Below, piece by piece: positions 51,181-64,000 of a DNA stretch of 64,000 bases. This stretch comes from Azolla caroliniana (taxonomy: Eukaryota; Plantae; Polypodiophyta), in NCBI GenBank assembly GCA_043228905.1, contig JBHGNT010000011.1, positions 15,624,001 through 15,688,000 on the forward strand, given 5' to 3'. The translations under genes and the position numbers were made by a program. A model generated the notes under the pieces. The model was given only the letters and a program-made list of their open reading frames with translations. It was not told where the DNA came from and made no database searches. The number at the start of each line of letters is the position of its first letter. The first letter of the stretch is position 1.

Positions 51181-54100
51181 ATGGAGAGATCCGTGTTTCA
51201 TAACACGAAGGAGGAGTTAGAGGAAGAGAAGAAGAACGGAGAGGGTAGTAGCAACGATTCTAACACTCCTACGGATAGGGATAATGGTGATGGTGGTGAT
51301 GATGACAGTGCTGATGATAAGGGTGAAAACTTTGATGCTGAGCTAATGCGTGAGGGCTTGACAGTGTCTCATCCAAAGCTGAGAAGGGCTGAACCTCTTG
51401 TCGACTCACTTGATGTGGAATCTATGCAAGTCACGGGTCTCCCTGCCTCTCCTCTTCCTCAGGTTAATTGTCTCTTTCTTTTTCCTATATATTTATATAA
51501 TCGTGAAACAAATGTAATCATATTCTCTCAAATAATATGAAATTCTATGTTTTAATTTCTATCTATCTGTTCATTTATTTATATTTAATGATGTTTACAT
51601 TTTTCCTTGATATGTTCTATTGTTTTCTCTCTGTGTATGTACTACGTTGAAGCAATGTGTTCTAGGATGTGTATCTAAACTAGAAAGCAATCATACTATC
51701 CCCCAGAAGATGAACTGCTATGATGTTTTTCGCATATACCTTAATGATTCTCATTTATTTTGATCTCTCTTTCTCTACATGAGATAAAGTGGTATCTTAT
51801 GATCACCAAGTTAAATAAATATAGATGTAATCTAAAAATACCAGCATTCATGTCCTTTTTTTAAAACTTTATATCTAAATTAGAAAATGGTATTTTTTGA
51901 TCATTTTGATATATGATGAGGTCTTTGATTCACTGTGTATATGCATTCGGAAAAGAAAATGGCTCTTTTCAAATACACGATCTAAGTATTAGAATGGGTT
52001 CATCCATGCTTTGAATCATAAGTCTAATTCGGAAAACAGTATTCAATGATCACCAGGTCTTATTTTGACATGTGATGTAAATGTTAGCATAAATAAATAT
52101 TCATGGTTTAGTTCTTGAATGAGAAATTATAGTTTATTTGTGAATATATTTTCAGGATCCATCATTGGTCCTGGTACTTCAGCTAGCATTCCAAACAATT
52201 GGGGTCGTCTATAGTGGATTGGGAACGAGTCCTCTTTATGTTTATGGAAATGCATTCAATGATGTCGAGATTGGTAGCACATCAGATATCTTGGGAGCCC
52301 TTTCGATTGTGATTTACACGCTCACGCTCATCCCACTCATCAAATACGACTTCGTCGTTCTTCGTGCCAATGGCACTGGGGAGAGTGACTTCAAAGGTCA
52401 CTGGTTATTGGTCTTATTTGTTTTTGGATCATAGCTTAGTAAGTCTCACGATGTCATAAAGTTTAGCAACATTTTAGGGTTTGGAAAAGGCAATAGGTTT
52501 AGATTTGGAAGTTTCAAAGTTTAAAATACTCCTAGATTTGGGCAGTTTATATCTGTAGATGCATATGATATAGCAGAACGATTATGATATAATGACTTCT
52601 TTAGTGTTGCATGAATGAAGTAGTTCATTTTCATCTGTATGTGATGCTTGTTTACTCTTCTTTATAATTGGGTTGTGCATGACCTGGGGATATTGCGTGT
52701 GCCTTTAGTTTGGTAAATGAATACATGCCCCAAGATCTAGATCCTTAAGGTGCACTGATTTGACTGTAACAGGTGTATGTCTTTCTTATACCTGATTAAT
52801 CGCACTCTACTCATTGAACAATAAGCTGGTTTGAGTTTCTCCTAAGTTCTAGATGCTCTATATTGTGCATGTAAATTGTTTCCTTGTCTTACATTCACTC
52901 ACTATAATATGCATTCATTTCATCCCTGACATTTGAATTTCATAAGTTGATTTATTTATTTTAGTTTATATGAGAAAGTTCAAGGTGTCGTACATCATAT
53001 TTCTATTTCTATTTGGAATCTCAATGTCGAAGCATGAAAAGAATAGGGATCTCATTTACTTTGCTACAGAATTTCGTTTTTATAGAATAATGAAGAAAGG
53101 CAAGTCTAGATATTGTCCAGCACACCTTCATTTCTCTCTATTTCTGTAAGATCATGTAATATTTCATGAGATGTTCTATAAGATTCACTAGATGTAATTG
53201 TTTGATCTTCTGAAAATGTTAATATTATATTTCATTTCATTTCTCTTTTACACATTTCTTCACTCACTCAAACACACGTGCGTTCTGTATATGAGTTTTT
53301 TTGAGAGGTTTTGTATTACTGGAGTCCAAAAGGAGGTGAGAAAATGTCTTTCCTGACTTTTGTAGTTGGACTTGCAGGTGGGTCATTTTCCTTGTATTCG
53401 ATAATTTGTCATTATGCTAGAGCAAGCTTGATACCCAGTAGGCAGCCGACAGATGAAGAACTATCAAATTTCACCATTGAAACGCCGACAAAGCGTCTGG
53501 AAAGAGCGATGACAATTAAAGGGCGTCTAGAGAAAAGTGTGTTTTGGAAAACTTTTTTGTTCGTGGTTGCACTTATAGGAGTGAGTTTAGTCATCTGTGA
53601 TGGAATCCTCACACCATGCATTTCAGGTATGGCTCATTTATTATTGTATATTTTCAATGGTTAAGAGGAGTAAAATAGGGGCATCAATTTGGACTTAAAA
53701 TTGGATTTTATTTTTGTAAGGTAACTATTTTGGTGGCAATGGGTTGAGAGTTTTTCAAATTACGTTTTTCTTGAAAAATCTCAATATATCCTTGAAAGCA
53801 ATTCACTGTTTTTTTCCTCTTTCCTTAAATTTGTCCCTTCTCTTGTTGAAAATTTATAACCATTATGAACTATTGGATTTTGAGAAGTAAAGTTTACCAT
53901 GAAAAATCCCCCGTCCTCTTTTTCTTTATTTGCAGTGATGTCTGCTGTAAATGGACTTAGTGTGGCATTTCCTTCAGTTCCACAAGGTTATCTAACATTT
54001 TATTTTGATGTAATGGGTCAATGTTGTGAATCTTTTGTTATATCTTCACAATCTTTGTTTTTGTTTTTTGCTGCACAGAGTCAATAGCGATGGTTGCAAT

Positions 54101-57100
54101 TATACTTCTTCTTACTCTTTTCAGTGTCCAAGGACTTGGCACTGGAAAAGTCAAATACTTTTTTGCACCACTATTATGTTTATGGTTCGTAGCAATAGCT
54201 GCGATAGGCATTTACAATATTGTCAAGTATGATCCAACCATCTTTAGAGCCTTCAATCCTGCATATATCTACTACTTCTTTGCAAGTAACAAGATGAATG
54301 CGTGTTATGTACTTGGAGGGCTAGTGTTGTGCATTTCAGGTTATCATACAAATCCTTTATCCAGATTTGGTATAAATCAGGTTTTAAACTTTCTCTTAAC
54401 TATGATTTTGTTTCTCAGGAGGGGAGGCAATGTTTGCAGATCTCGGAAATTTTCCACTAAGATCCATTCAGGTGACGGTTAAAATTTTAAATTATGATTT
54501 TTTTAGGTGTAAAAACTACTAGGGTCGAATCTCTTATCTAGGCATTTACACAACAACAGGTTGTAATCCTATTGTGGATCATGACGTCCTTTGTACCAAG
54601 TTTATTATGACAAGATAACCAACAAATGAAGTTTAAATAACCTCAAAGTAAGAGCCCTGCCCTTGCTCTCCAAGTGCGTAGAGAGCTGTAGATGCTAGTA
54701 GTAAGAACCAATAAGACACGAGGATGAGTGCATGATGAGATAGCTTAGTCCTCACTACTACTAGAAGTTTCAAACTTCAAATTTATCTTGTTGAAGGCCA
54801 TGCGATAATGCAAGAGGGAGAGAAGGATAGGGAGAGGGAGGATGTAATGCTTTTCAATGAAACGGTTCTGAAAGAGCTGATGAACACTAAGGCGTCCAAA
54901 AACTTCTTAGTATATTTTTTCTAGATTTTGACAATTTTCCTCATCCAACTGGTGCAAGCTGTCATGACATCCAGCTCAAAAGTGTTTCTCAATCATGCAG
55001 ACAAGAAGGCCTATTGGAATCGGACCTATGAAGGTGGCTGATCTTGCGTCGACAATTTGGCCCACCATTGCAACATTACTATTCAAGAATGTAGATGGTG
55101 CAAGTTTGCAGACTCAGTGAACTCTACCCTCAATGTGTGCGCTGCATCAAATTGTTGTATGGAAGTTAAAGCCTTCAACTTATCCTGCATACTTCCAGAA
55201 GTTCCAAACTTCACTGTTGCACTGCCTTCCTGATTTTCTAAAGGTGCCAAGTGGTTCTAAATAGGTGCATATAAAAGTTGCACTCCACCATTTATCATTT
55301 AAGACCTCATTATATGGCCTTCAGCCATATTAGAGCTGCTCATATGTGGTTGGAGCAAAACCAGCTATTCCTTGATAATCTGGTTGCATGCCAACATTTT
55401 TGTCCATGGTATTGGCCATGCCTTTTTGCATTGCCCCAAACATATTCCTCGTGTAGGAATTCCAACAATATCCTAGAATACCAAACCACCTCGAAAGTAA
55501 CCATAATGTGGAAAGGGTGGTTGTGGAGGAATTGTCTGGTAAACAATCTGCTCACCACTTCTCTGACAGCTCAAAGAAACATATTGTCCTTGCAAAGAAG
55601 GTTGAGTTGCATTTGTTTGACTAATGGGGGTCTCAACATCTTGTTTTCTGAATTGGCCAGTTACCTCTGTGGCTCACAGGACTCGAAGATACTCCGTTTC
55701 CTCTTGAGAGATGGAAGGAACTTGCATGTACTCCACTGTTTGGGTTTTGCATCAGCTCCTGAAATGTATCCACAGAGTTTGAGAGTTGTGTCTGAAATAA
55801 AGTCATTTAGAAGAGTAAACCTCTTCTCTTTGCTAGGGATTGGCTAATTTCTTTTCTTGTAACTTACATGCACAAGTAACCAATTGTTACATATGAGGAG
55901 AAAGTCATCAAATCCTCTAGATAGAACCATGAAACTGGCTTGTGGAAATTCCAGATAGTGGTAAAACAACCACTGATTTAGCTATAATTTCACCACCAGA
56001 GAAATCTTATATAAAAGAATAATCACTTCTTCAAGGTTTTGGACTTTGTAAGACTTTGACATCCACTAAAGTTAGATTGCTCCTCAAGGAACTTAAAACT
56101 CTGTTGAGCCTTGGCTGGTTGACTTTGGTCAGGACATTAATAAGCAGTCCCAGTGATAGTTTGAGCTGCTACGTCTATATCTTTTGCACATTAATGTATG
56201 TTACACTTATATCCATAACAGAGATATGGCTTGTTTTGGTGACATAATTGTAGCTTCATCACCAGAAGGATGTAGTAATTTACGTACTTGGTAAATGGAC
56301 AAGATGATGTGGGATGTAAAAGCATTGTCTTTATGCCTCCAATCAAAATATTACTTTTCACAAACAAAATTAGTCTTGTGTCATAGTGGCAAAGCTATGC
56401 TTTATATCCTTAAAGCCACAAGTTCAAGTGAGAAGCAATGGGTCTAAGGTCATGTTCATTTTTAAAAGCATTCATATGTTATAACATTCTGATTATTATA
56501 CTAGAAATTTTCAAAATCACTCGTTTTAAATTTATCTGTGATTCTTTGTCACATCATTTTGAGAATTTCTCCTGTTAACATTACTATAGATAATAATGCT
56601 TGATGTATTGATCTTCTAATATGATTCCAGATTGCATTTGGAGTGGTAGTTTATCCCTGTCTCCTGCTAGCATACATGGGTCAAGCTGCATACCTTGTGA
56701 AGTTCCCTCTTGCGGTTCATGATGTTTTCTATCGCTCTATCCCAGGCGAGAAAACTTAAAACTCTACTTGTGTTTACGGTTTGTTTTCTATTTGGATGTG
56801 TTTCACATTCATACCATGGATACATCGTGATGTTCAACTTGTTAGTCTCCATCCTAATTGTACACAATTTTAATCATGATGTTTCATAATATAAAAAATT
56901 TACATATATAAACATATAAATTTTTCTGAGGATGAGACACAAGGAATATGAGCAATCCTTGACAAGTTTTTATTGAAAGAAGAGTTTTCATTTTTTTTTC
57001 TCAATTCTCCAGTCACTCTTTTCTGGCCGATGTTTATACTCTCAATCTTAGCGGCAATGATTGCAAGTCGATCGATGATTTTGGCGACGTTTTCTGTAAT

Positions 57101-58803
57101 AAACATGGCATTGGCGCTTGATTGCTTTCCAAGAGTCACTGTGATTCATACATCTAGACGTTTTATGGGGCAAATGTATATTCCCACAATCAACTGGTTA
57201 ATGGCAATCATATGTGTGCTTATCATAGCTGGCTTCAAGAGTACAGACTTTATCGCTCATGCTTTTGGTAAGGAAATATTTGATTTTCTTTTTATACTGC
57301 ACAGTGAAAGCTATTGTAAACCCTATCTATATATTCCAGGACAGAAGTAGTATTCTCTTATTTGTTAGGTAGTCACGGATTTTGGTAGAATTGGTAGAAT
57401 AGTTAAGTTTTGTCTTTTTATGTTCGTGTAAGTCTGTCTCCAAATCTAGAGGCATAATAAGTTAAGGAAAGCAATTTTCAGGATATCAATCTATTTTGCT
57501 ACACAAAGTTCACATCCATTTAATCTATTGTTAAAAACTGCTAGCACAACTTGTATCAATTTTCTTACAGGAAATCATATTGATTGTCTTACACAAGATC
57601 TACTCTGCTTGAAATATGTCATTAATATTTGCTAACAATATCTCATTGATATATTCACAACTAAAAGACCTATTAGTTCATGCCATTGTACCATGCATGT
57701 AAAAAATATATTGTTTACTAGTAGTTTTAATTAACTTTTGGTGCTGTGAATTTTTAGGCATCGCAGTTCTAGGTGACATGCTCATTACAACTGCCTTTGC
57801 TACATTGATTATGATCATGATATGGAAAACTCGATTGGTATTGTCTCTTACTTTCTTGGTCATTGTTGGAGGTGTGGAGTTGATATACCTTCTTGCAGTT
57901 CTTTTGAAAGTATCTGAAGCTGGTTGGGTCACCTTGGTTCTAGCCATATCTCTTGTCAGCATAATGTATATATGGCATTATGGTACCCGTATGAAATATC
58001 AAAGCGAAGTGGATCAAAGAATCTCAATGGATTATATGCTAGAGTTGGGGCCCAATCTGGGGACTGTAAGAGTAGAAGGTGTTGGGTTGCTTTATAACGA
58101 GCTCATTCAAGGAGTGCCCGCTATATTTGGATATTTCATGAAAAAACTCCCGGCAATACACTCGACCATAGTATTTGTTTGCATAAAGTATATAAATGTA
58201 CCTGCCGTACCACAGTCACAAAGGTTTGTCTTTCGGCGTGTCTGTCCCCGGGATTACCATATATTTCGTTGTGTTGCAAGGTATGGATATAAAGATGTAA
58301 GGAAAGAGGACCATAACTTATTTGAGAAGCTGCTTTTGAAGAGCCTCAAGACTTTTATACGAAGAGAGGCTCAAGAATACGCGTTAGAATTTGGGAGCTT
58401 TGAAAGGCTTTCGGATAATATCGATGATGACATTTCTTCACTGGTTGGTAGAAATGGACAAGATTTAGGTGAACTAATCCAACCTTTATTATCAAGGAAT
58501 TTATCCGGAAATATCGAGGACATTGATATATCTGAATCTCTTCATTCTCTACATTGTAACGAAGTTGTGCTTGATGAGATTGCTTCAACGGAGATTTCCT
58601 TTTTGAAGCAGGCAAAGAAAAGTGGTGTGGTTTATCTCATTGGACATGCTGCTGTGAGAGCCAAGAAGGATTCATGGTTCTTTAGGAAACTTGTCATAAA
58701 TTATTTCTATGCATTTCTATCAAGAAATTGTAGGGCAACTTCAGATATACTGAATGTTCCTCAAACGAACCGCTTACAGGTTGGAATGACGTACATGGTT
58801 TAG
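51181..58803 (+). CDS. KUP/HAK/KT potassium transporter, cluster III-like (KUP5/7/12 type), 9 exons, divergent
   Basis: Exons about 51181-51461, 52156-52384, 53378-53626, 53936-53987, 54079-54339, 54419-54471, 56631-56745, 57013-57267, 57758-58803; acidic N-terminus with [60 protein letters not shown], terminal QVGMTYMV. Confidence 0.94.
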
Positions 58804-59158
58804 AGCTTCAATGCCTAAGGTGTACAATTGTATCTTCTGGTTGCTTCGAGAAGTGCTAAGCTTAGATATAGAGAGCCATTGGAGGATTCTTCATCTTAAC
58901 AACTAAAAAAACATTTGTTGGATCTTTAAAGCTTGAGAAAAGAAAAGACGAAAACTTGTAACTGAAAGTGAGGCATGATCTTGTGTAAAAGAGAGCCTTG
59001 TATTTTCACATGCTTTTATTTCTTAATATTCTCTTTCACCCTAAATATTTGAATGTGTATAGAAAGCTGTTTCTCAATAAGTATATAATGTTAAGAGGGA
59101 TTGAGAGCTCAAGGGCGAGGAAGGGGGAGAGTGAAAGGTATTGAGGTTGAGATTGCCA

Positions 59159-59342
59159 AGATGGATGTAGCTCAATTGGTAAGATTGTCCAATGGAGACT
59201 CGAAGGTCAAAGGTTTAACCCCTACATTCCACATTGGCATCTAGTAAACAGGATATTTATGAAGTAATAGATAGATAGGTGAGAAAATTAGGTTTTGAAC
59301 CCAACATGTAGGGTTAATATTCTAACAACTTACCATTAGGGT
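59159..59342. mobile_element. tRNA-derived dispersed repeat with two convergent tRNA-like modules, copy 2
   Basis: AGATGGATGTAGCTCAATTGGTAAG...CCCCTACATTCCACATTGGCATCTAGT...GAACCCAAC...AACAACTTACCATTAGGGT aligns end to end with the reverse complement of 45486-45676. Confidence 0.75.
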
Positions 59343-60152
59343 TCTTGAAGTTCTAGTACACATGGCATAATAATATTCTTTATATAGCAAAAATAAGTTC
59401 TTTAGGCTTACAAAATTAGTCTCTAGGTTTCATGTAGCTCAATGGCCATGATCTTAATGCTTGTGATGGAATAATTTTGGAGATTGCTACGAGCATTACA
59501 TGCATAACAAACATGGGTGGATTTAGTAGTGGTGATTAGACTTTATATTTGAGGTTTGTTGTGGAATGAGGCTATAATGGAGTTCAACAAGTTCATATAC
59601 ATGTCATTGTTTGGATGGAACCATGCTCTAGAGATGGTATGCCCCATGTATCTTATATTCTAGTACTTGTCTACATTCTTAACATTACTTCGCTCACTCT
59701 ATGGTGACTTCTTAGTATGTTGTTAGTGTAGCTATGGTGCTGTGGAAAATAGCAATATGCGATTGCCTTTGCGTCAAGTGTGCTAATATAAGGGTTTGTT
59801 CCTTATACCTTTTGAAGCTAAAGCCAGATTTTCTTGAAGTGTCATAGTTAGCCTCTCTATAATTTGTGGAATAGTAATGGAGTCCATGTAGAGTTTGACA
59901 TACTTATCTTTGATGCATCATTAACTAGGTACGGCACACAAAATGTTCATTGATTTTGGACTCGCTTTCAAATCCCTCTTCCTTAATTCAAGACCTTAGT
60001 GGTCACTCACATCTCTCACACCCTTCTTGCGGATTCTTGTAGCATGTGTTGTTAATGTGTCATGGAGGTATTACTTGAGAAACCAACATTTGATTTCTCC
60101 ACCATTGTAGTAAGCCCATTTTCAGGCTTCAACAAGATGGACAACACATTCG

Positions 60153-61538
60153 TGTTATGTACACATAACGTAGGTGAGGATAGGTCACTAGTATTTACAT
60201 AAGTGGAAGGTATGTTCACTAATGTTAAAAAGGGACTAATGTGATTGGATAGAAGGAATGATAGGTGCATGCACTATCACGATTTGGACAACCAATGAAT
60301 GGAGTGTCTTTTAGAAAGGCACATCTATTCAAGGGGCTTCAAAAGAGGTATAGGCTTAGCTACCCTCATAAGCAAATTACGTTGGAAGGCTGTTGTCTTA
60401 GACACGGGTGGTGCAGGCTAAGCTTTTGTCACGATGATCGTGTTATCTCTTCCAAGGTATTATTTATCCTAATATCCGGTTGTACGGGACGTCGATGGTA
60501 GGTTTGCTATGTCTAGATCATGAATAGCTTGGGGGTGGTCGGGTAGAATGGGTTCTTCAATTCAATCTATTTACCTTGTTTTAACTTTATTTTGGTCTAA
60601 TGATTAGTAATACTCTTAATAGTGGTATTAGAACATTTATTAACATTTCTTTTTGTTGTTTTGATGTTTTGTGTGTGAACGATGGGGATCTAATCAAGTT
60701 TGTTACCTCGTGCCGATGATTTGATTGATCGTTTGCATGGGCCCCGATATTTTACGAAAATGGACTTATGAACAAGTTATTATCAGATTCACATTGCCAA
60801 AGATGATATTCCTAAACCTGCTTTTTTGTATGCGCTATGGCCATTATGAATTTTTAGTCATGCCTTTCACGTTGACTAATGCTCCAGTCACATTCCAACA
60901 AGCGAAGAATGAGTCAGACATTTTTCGAGATAAACTTGGTGGTTTTGTTGTCATCTACTTGGATGATATTCTCATATATAATCGTACCTTGCAAGATCAT
61001 GTTCAACATATAGTTGTGTGACAACTCTTTCTATGCAAAACATTCAAAATGTGTTTTTTTCCAAAAATCTATTATGTACCTAGGTCATTTAATTATGGAA
61101 AATGGTGTTGAAATTGAACCTTCTCATATTGAAAAGGTTAATCTTTGGCCCATTCCCCGTAATATTTATGCTCATTCTTAGGATTTGTTGGATTTTTACG
61201 TAAATCAATTCGTAACTATTCCAAATTGACTACACCATTAACTGACCTTTTAAAAGGTCATCCAAGTAAGTTTGTCAAACAAATTTCCTGGATATTGTTA
61301 GTGATTGAGATTCCAAGTTAGAAATTGAACGAGTTAATCAAATTATTGAGGACATGCTTCGAGCTTATGTAGCAAAAACCCCTTCTAAGTGGGAGCAATC
61401 CCTTCCTATCTTAGAATTTGCCCATAATAGCTCTAAATATACATCCATTGGATATTATTGTCCTTTAAATATGTTGATGTATGGTTTTCAACCACGTGCC
61501 CCAATCGATGTCACGATTCTTCATGATACATTAGATAG
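60153..61538 (+). mobile_element. Degenerate Gypsy, 5' part: LTR, PBS, deleted RT and integrase pieces
   Basis: LTR 60153-60621 (TGTTA...TAATA), PBS-like TGGTATTAGAAC at 60623-60634, [40 protein letters not shown]. Confidence 0.88.
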
Positions 61539-61976
61539 TGTTGAATATGGGATTGGCCACAACCGATTGATTACCAAGCACAAACGAGAAAGACAAAAAA
61601 ACTGAAATAACAGAAGATGATGCACTGACACAAAGACACAATATATTAACGTGGAAACCCTGAAATGGGAAAAGCCACGAGAGCCCACAGACTCCGAACA
61701 GAATCACCATATCGAGAGGAAATACACAAAACAAGAATCTCAAGGCAACGACCTTGAGTTCTTCTTCGTCTGACAGACAATTGCAGAGTTACAACTCTCT
61801 CTCTCTCTCACACACACACTCTCTCTCTTACACTCTAGTTACAGAGGCAACTAAACACTATAACCTTTTACAACAACAATGATGATCGTCATACCTAACT
61901 ACTTGCCCTAAATATATTTATAGAAATCTTTAAAAATTCGTGCTCAAGTATCCCTCCAATCATAGTTGTAATGAAT
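61539..61976 (-). mobile_element. LTR-like segment of an unrelated family
   Basis: Minus strand has TATAAATA, GA/GT runs, CGTGGCTTTTCCC..GGGTTTCCACGTT and ends TTCAACA exactly where the Gypsy integrase sequence stops. Confidence 0.5.
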
Positions 61977-62965
61977 TGTTAAGAGTCTATTACAGTAACT
62001 AATCATTAGACCAAAATAAAGTAAAAACAAGCTAAATAGATTGGATTGAAGAACCCGTTCCACCCGACCACCCTCGAGCTATGATCTAGGATATTTGGAT
62101 GACCAATACCTTGGAAGAGATAACACGATTGTTGTGACGAAAGCCTAGCCCACACCACCACGGTGTAAGATAGCAACCTTGCGACATAATATGCTTATGA
62201 GGGTAGCTAAGCCTCATATTTATACCTCTCCCTAGGCCCCTATCTAAAAGACTCTCCATTCATTAGTTGTCCAAATCATGATAGTGCATGCACCTATCAT
62301 TCTTTCTATCCAATCACATTAGTCCCTTTTTAACATTAGTGAACATACCCTTCACTTATTTAAATAGGGAAAAGTACCAGGATACCCCTGGAAGTTTGTC
62401 TATTTACCAGGATGCCCCTAAAAGTTCCAAATTTACCAAACTACCCCTATGTCCAAAAAATTACACTTTATAAAGTAATTATACACTCAAATCTACAAGC
62501 CCTATTTACCAAAGATGGAAGAAATGGACCTGAACTAGCCCTATTTGCCAAAGATTTGAGTGTATAATTACTTTATAAAGTGTAATTTTTTGGACATAGG
62601 GGTAGTTTGGTAAATTTGGAACTTCTAGGGGCATTATGGTAAATAGACGAATTTCCAGGGGTATCTTGGTACTTTTCCCATTTAAATATTAGTGACCTAC
62701 CCTCACCTACTTTATGTGTACATAACATACTCCCCTAGTTTCAAAATATTGCACTCTTGCAATATAAAGTGAGGAAATTGTGCCTTAAGAGTATGTTCGC
62801 GTTCCCATGTGGCATCATCAATAGGTTTATCCATCCATTGGATTTTGAATAGCCGAATCTCTTATAACGTAAAAGTTTAGTACGAGAATCAAGAATTCGT
62901 TTAGGAACATGAGGTTTGTAATAAAAATCCTCTAATGTTACAACATCCTAGACTGTGATGGTGTT
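61977..62965 (-). mobile_element. Degenerate Gypsy, 3' part in inverted orientation: chromodomain region, PPT, LTR
   Basis: Minus strand KPHVPKRILD..QWMDKPIDDATWERE, PPT ending AGGGGAGTA, LTR 62727-61977 homologous to 60153-60621. Confidence 0.88.
62367..62679. mobile_element. Mutator-like MITE inserted in the Gypsy LTR
   Basis: ~125-bp TIRs starting GGGAAAAGTACCA, perfect 9-bp TSD ATTTAAATA (62358-62366, 62680-62688). Confidence 0.95.
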
Positions 62966-64000
62966 CAAGTACCTCATTATTGTCCATGATGCGTGATTTT
63001 TTCTTATTTTTTATCTTTAAATTAAAGTATAATCTTCAAATGAATTCGATAGATTGCAAGCATATGTTCAATGGGAGTTGATATCTTGAGTTCTTCCTCT
63101 ATCTCCAAATATGCTCAAATGGCATCATATCAAAAGCTTTCTTAAAATCTCCGAACCAAGAATATAATCATTTACTGTTTAAACAATTTTATTCCATTAG
63201 CACTAAAAGAATAACAAGGTTATCGATGGTACTATAGTGTTTCCAAAAACCAACTTGTCTATAAGCCCTCTCACCAATCTTTCCTTCCCATGAGACACGT
63301 TATGTTACAATGCACAATTACATGCATCTCTTATACAAACATGTGCTTCCTTTCCTATCCATTTGAGCATTCTATCATGATACCTTGAAGATATTCTACC
63401 TTGTGCGAGGCCAATTTCTTAAGCACAAAGCATACATCCTTTCTAGTAAAGAAAGAAGGCATGTGTGAAAGAGAACATAGCACATAATATTTCCAACATT
63501 CGATTTCTTGTATACCTTTGTACAACTGATATGCAAATCTAAAACAATTAAGTTACCATATTCTCAAAGTGTTTCTTGTTGAGATTTCTCAAAAAAATTC
63601 CACATATATTTTGCTCTCGCTCTTTTTTAAACTAAGTCTTTTGCATGCATGTCGATAAATTTGCCGGTTTCCGTTTCTTTGACTACATCTAAAGGTGTAC
63701 GGTACTTTCGAGTTTCATGATATTTCTACTCTAACCATTTTTTTTTTTCGTGAGCTACATTTCTTGGCACGATTGCTAGGCATATGGTTAATTAAAAAAC
63801 ATTTCTTTGTGGATGAGAAAGTGACTTTTATGAAAGCTTCCTAGTGTTGGAAGATGTACAATTTTTTTCTCTCTTGTCATATAACCTAAATCATCTTAGT
63901 GTGCATGTGTTTTTTTTAGTCTATGCCCAAATATAATTGTTTTGCGTAGTGATTTGACTTCATATACTCAAAGTCTTCTAGACATTTATAGATATGATCC

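Noticed and set aside
54540-56460. 189-aa ORF and coding-like sequence in KUP intron 6
   Set aside because: Probably a decayed TE, but I could not identify a diagnostic motif; TTG start.
1-58803. Functional gene cluster linking PEX1, pyruvate kinase, metacaspase and KUP
   Set aside because: Unrelated pathways and ordinary eukaryotic gene spacing; nothing in the sequence indicates co-function.

Overview
Intron-rich land-plant nuclear DNA, heavily interspersed with transposons. Four recognisable host genes are present: PEX1 (minus strand, runs off the left edge), a plastid pyruvate kinase beta-type subunit (minus), a type II metacaspase (minus) and a cluster-III-like KUP/HAK/KT potassium transporter (plus) with substitutions at normally invariant residues. 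Three further genes I cannot assign to any family: two divergently oriented ORFs with intronless coding regions (23378-23770 minus, 39942-40361 plus) that share a transit-peptide-like N-terminus and an acidic PPD[FY]DD..DAD..DP[DE]xxxLFSP tail conserved through synonymous codon changes, and a spliced 3-4 exon orphan gene (30004-31678) that the ORF track mostly misses. Mobile DNA includes a three-tier LINE>Copia>solo-LTR nest inside a pyruvate kinase intron, a coding-intact chromovirus whose 5' LTR is reduced to a micro-inverted 30-bp stub, a fold-back relic built from the same LTR terminus, a second degenerate Gypsy with an inverted 3' end, LINE fragments, hAT- and Mutator-type MITEs, and two copies of a ~190-bp element made of two convergent tRNA-like modules. 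All calls are by eye from motifs and splice signals; no searches were run, so novelty is unverified.
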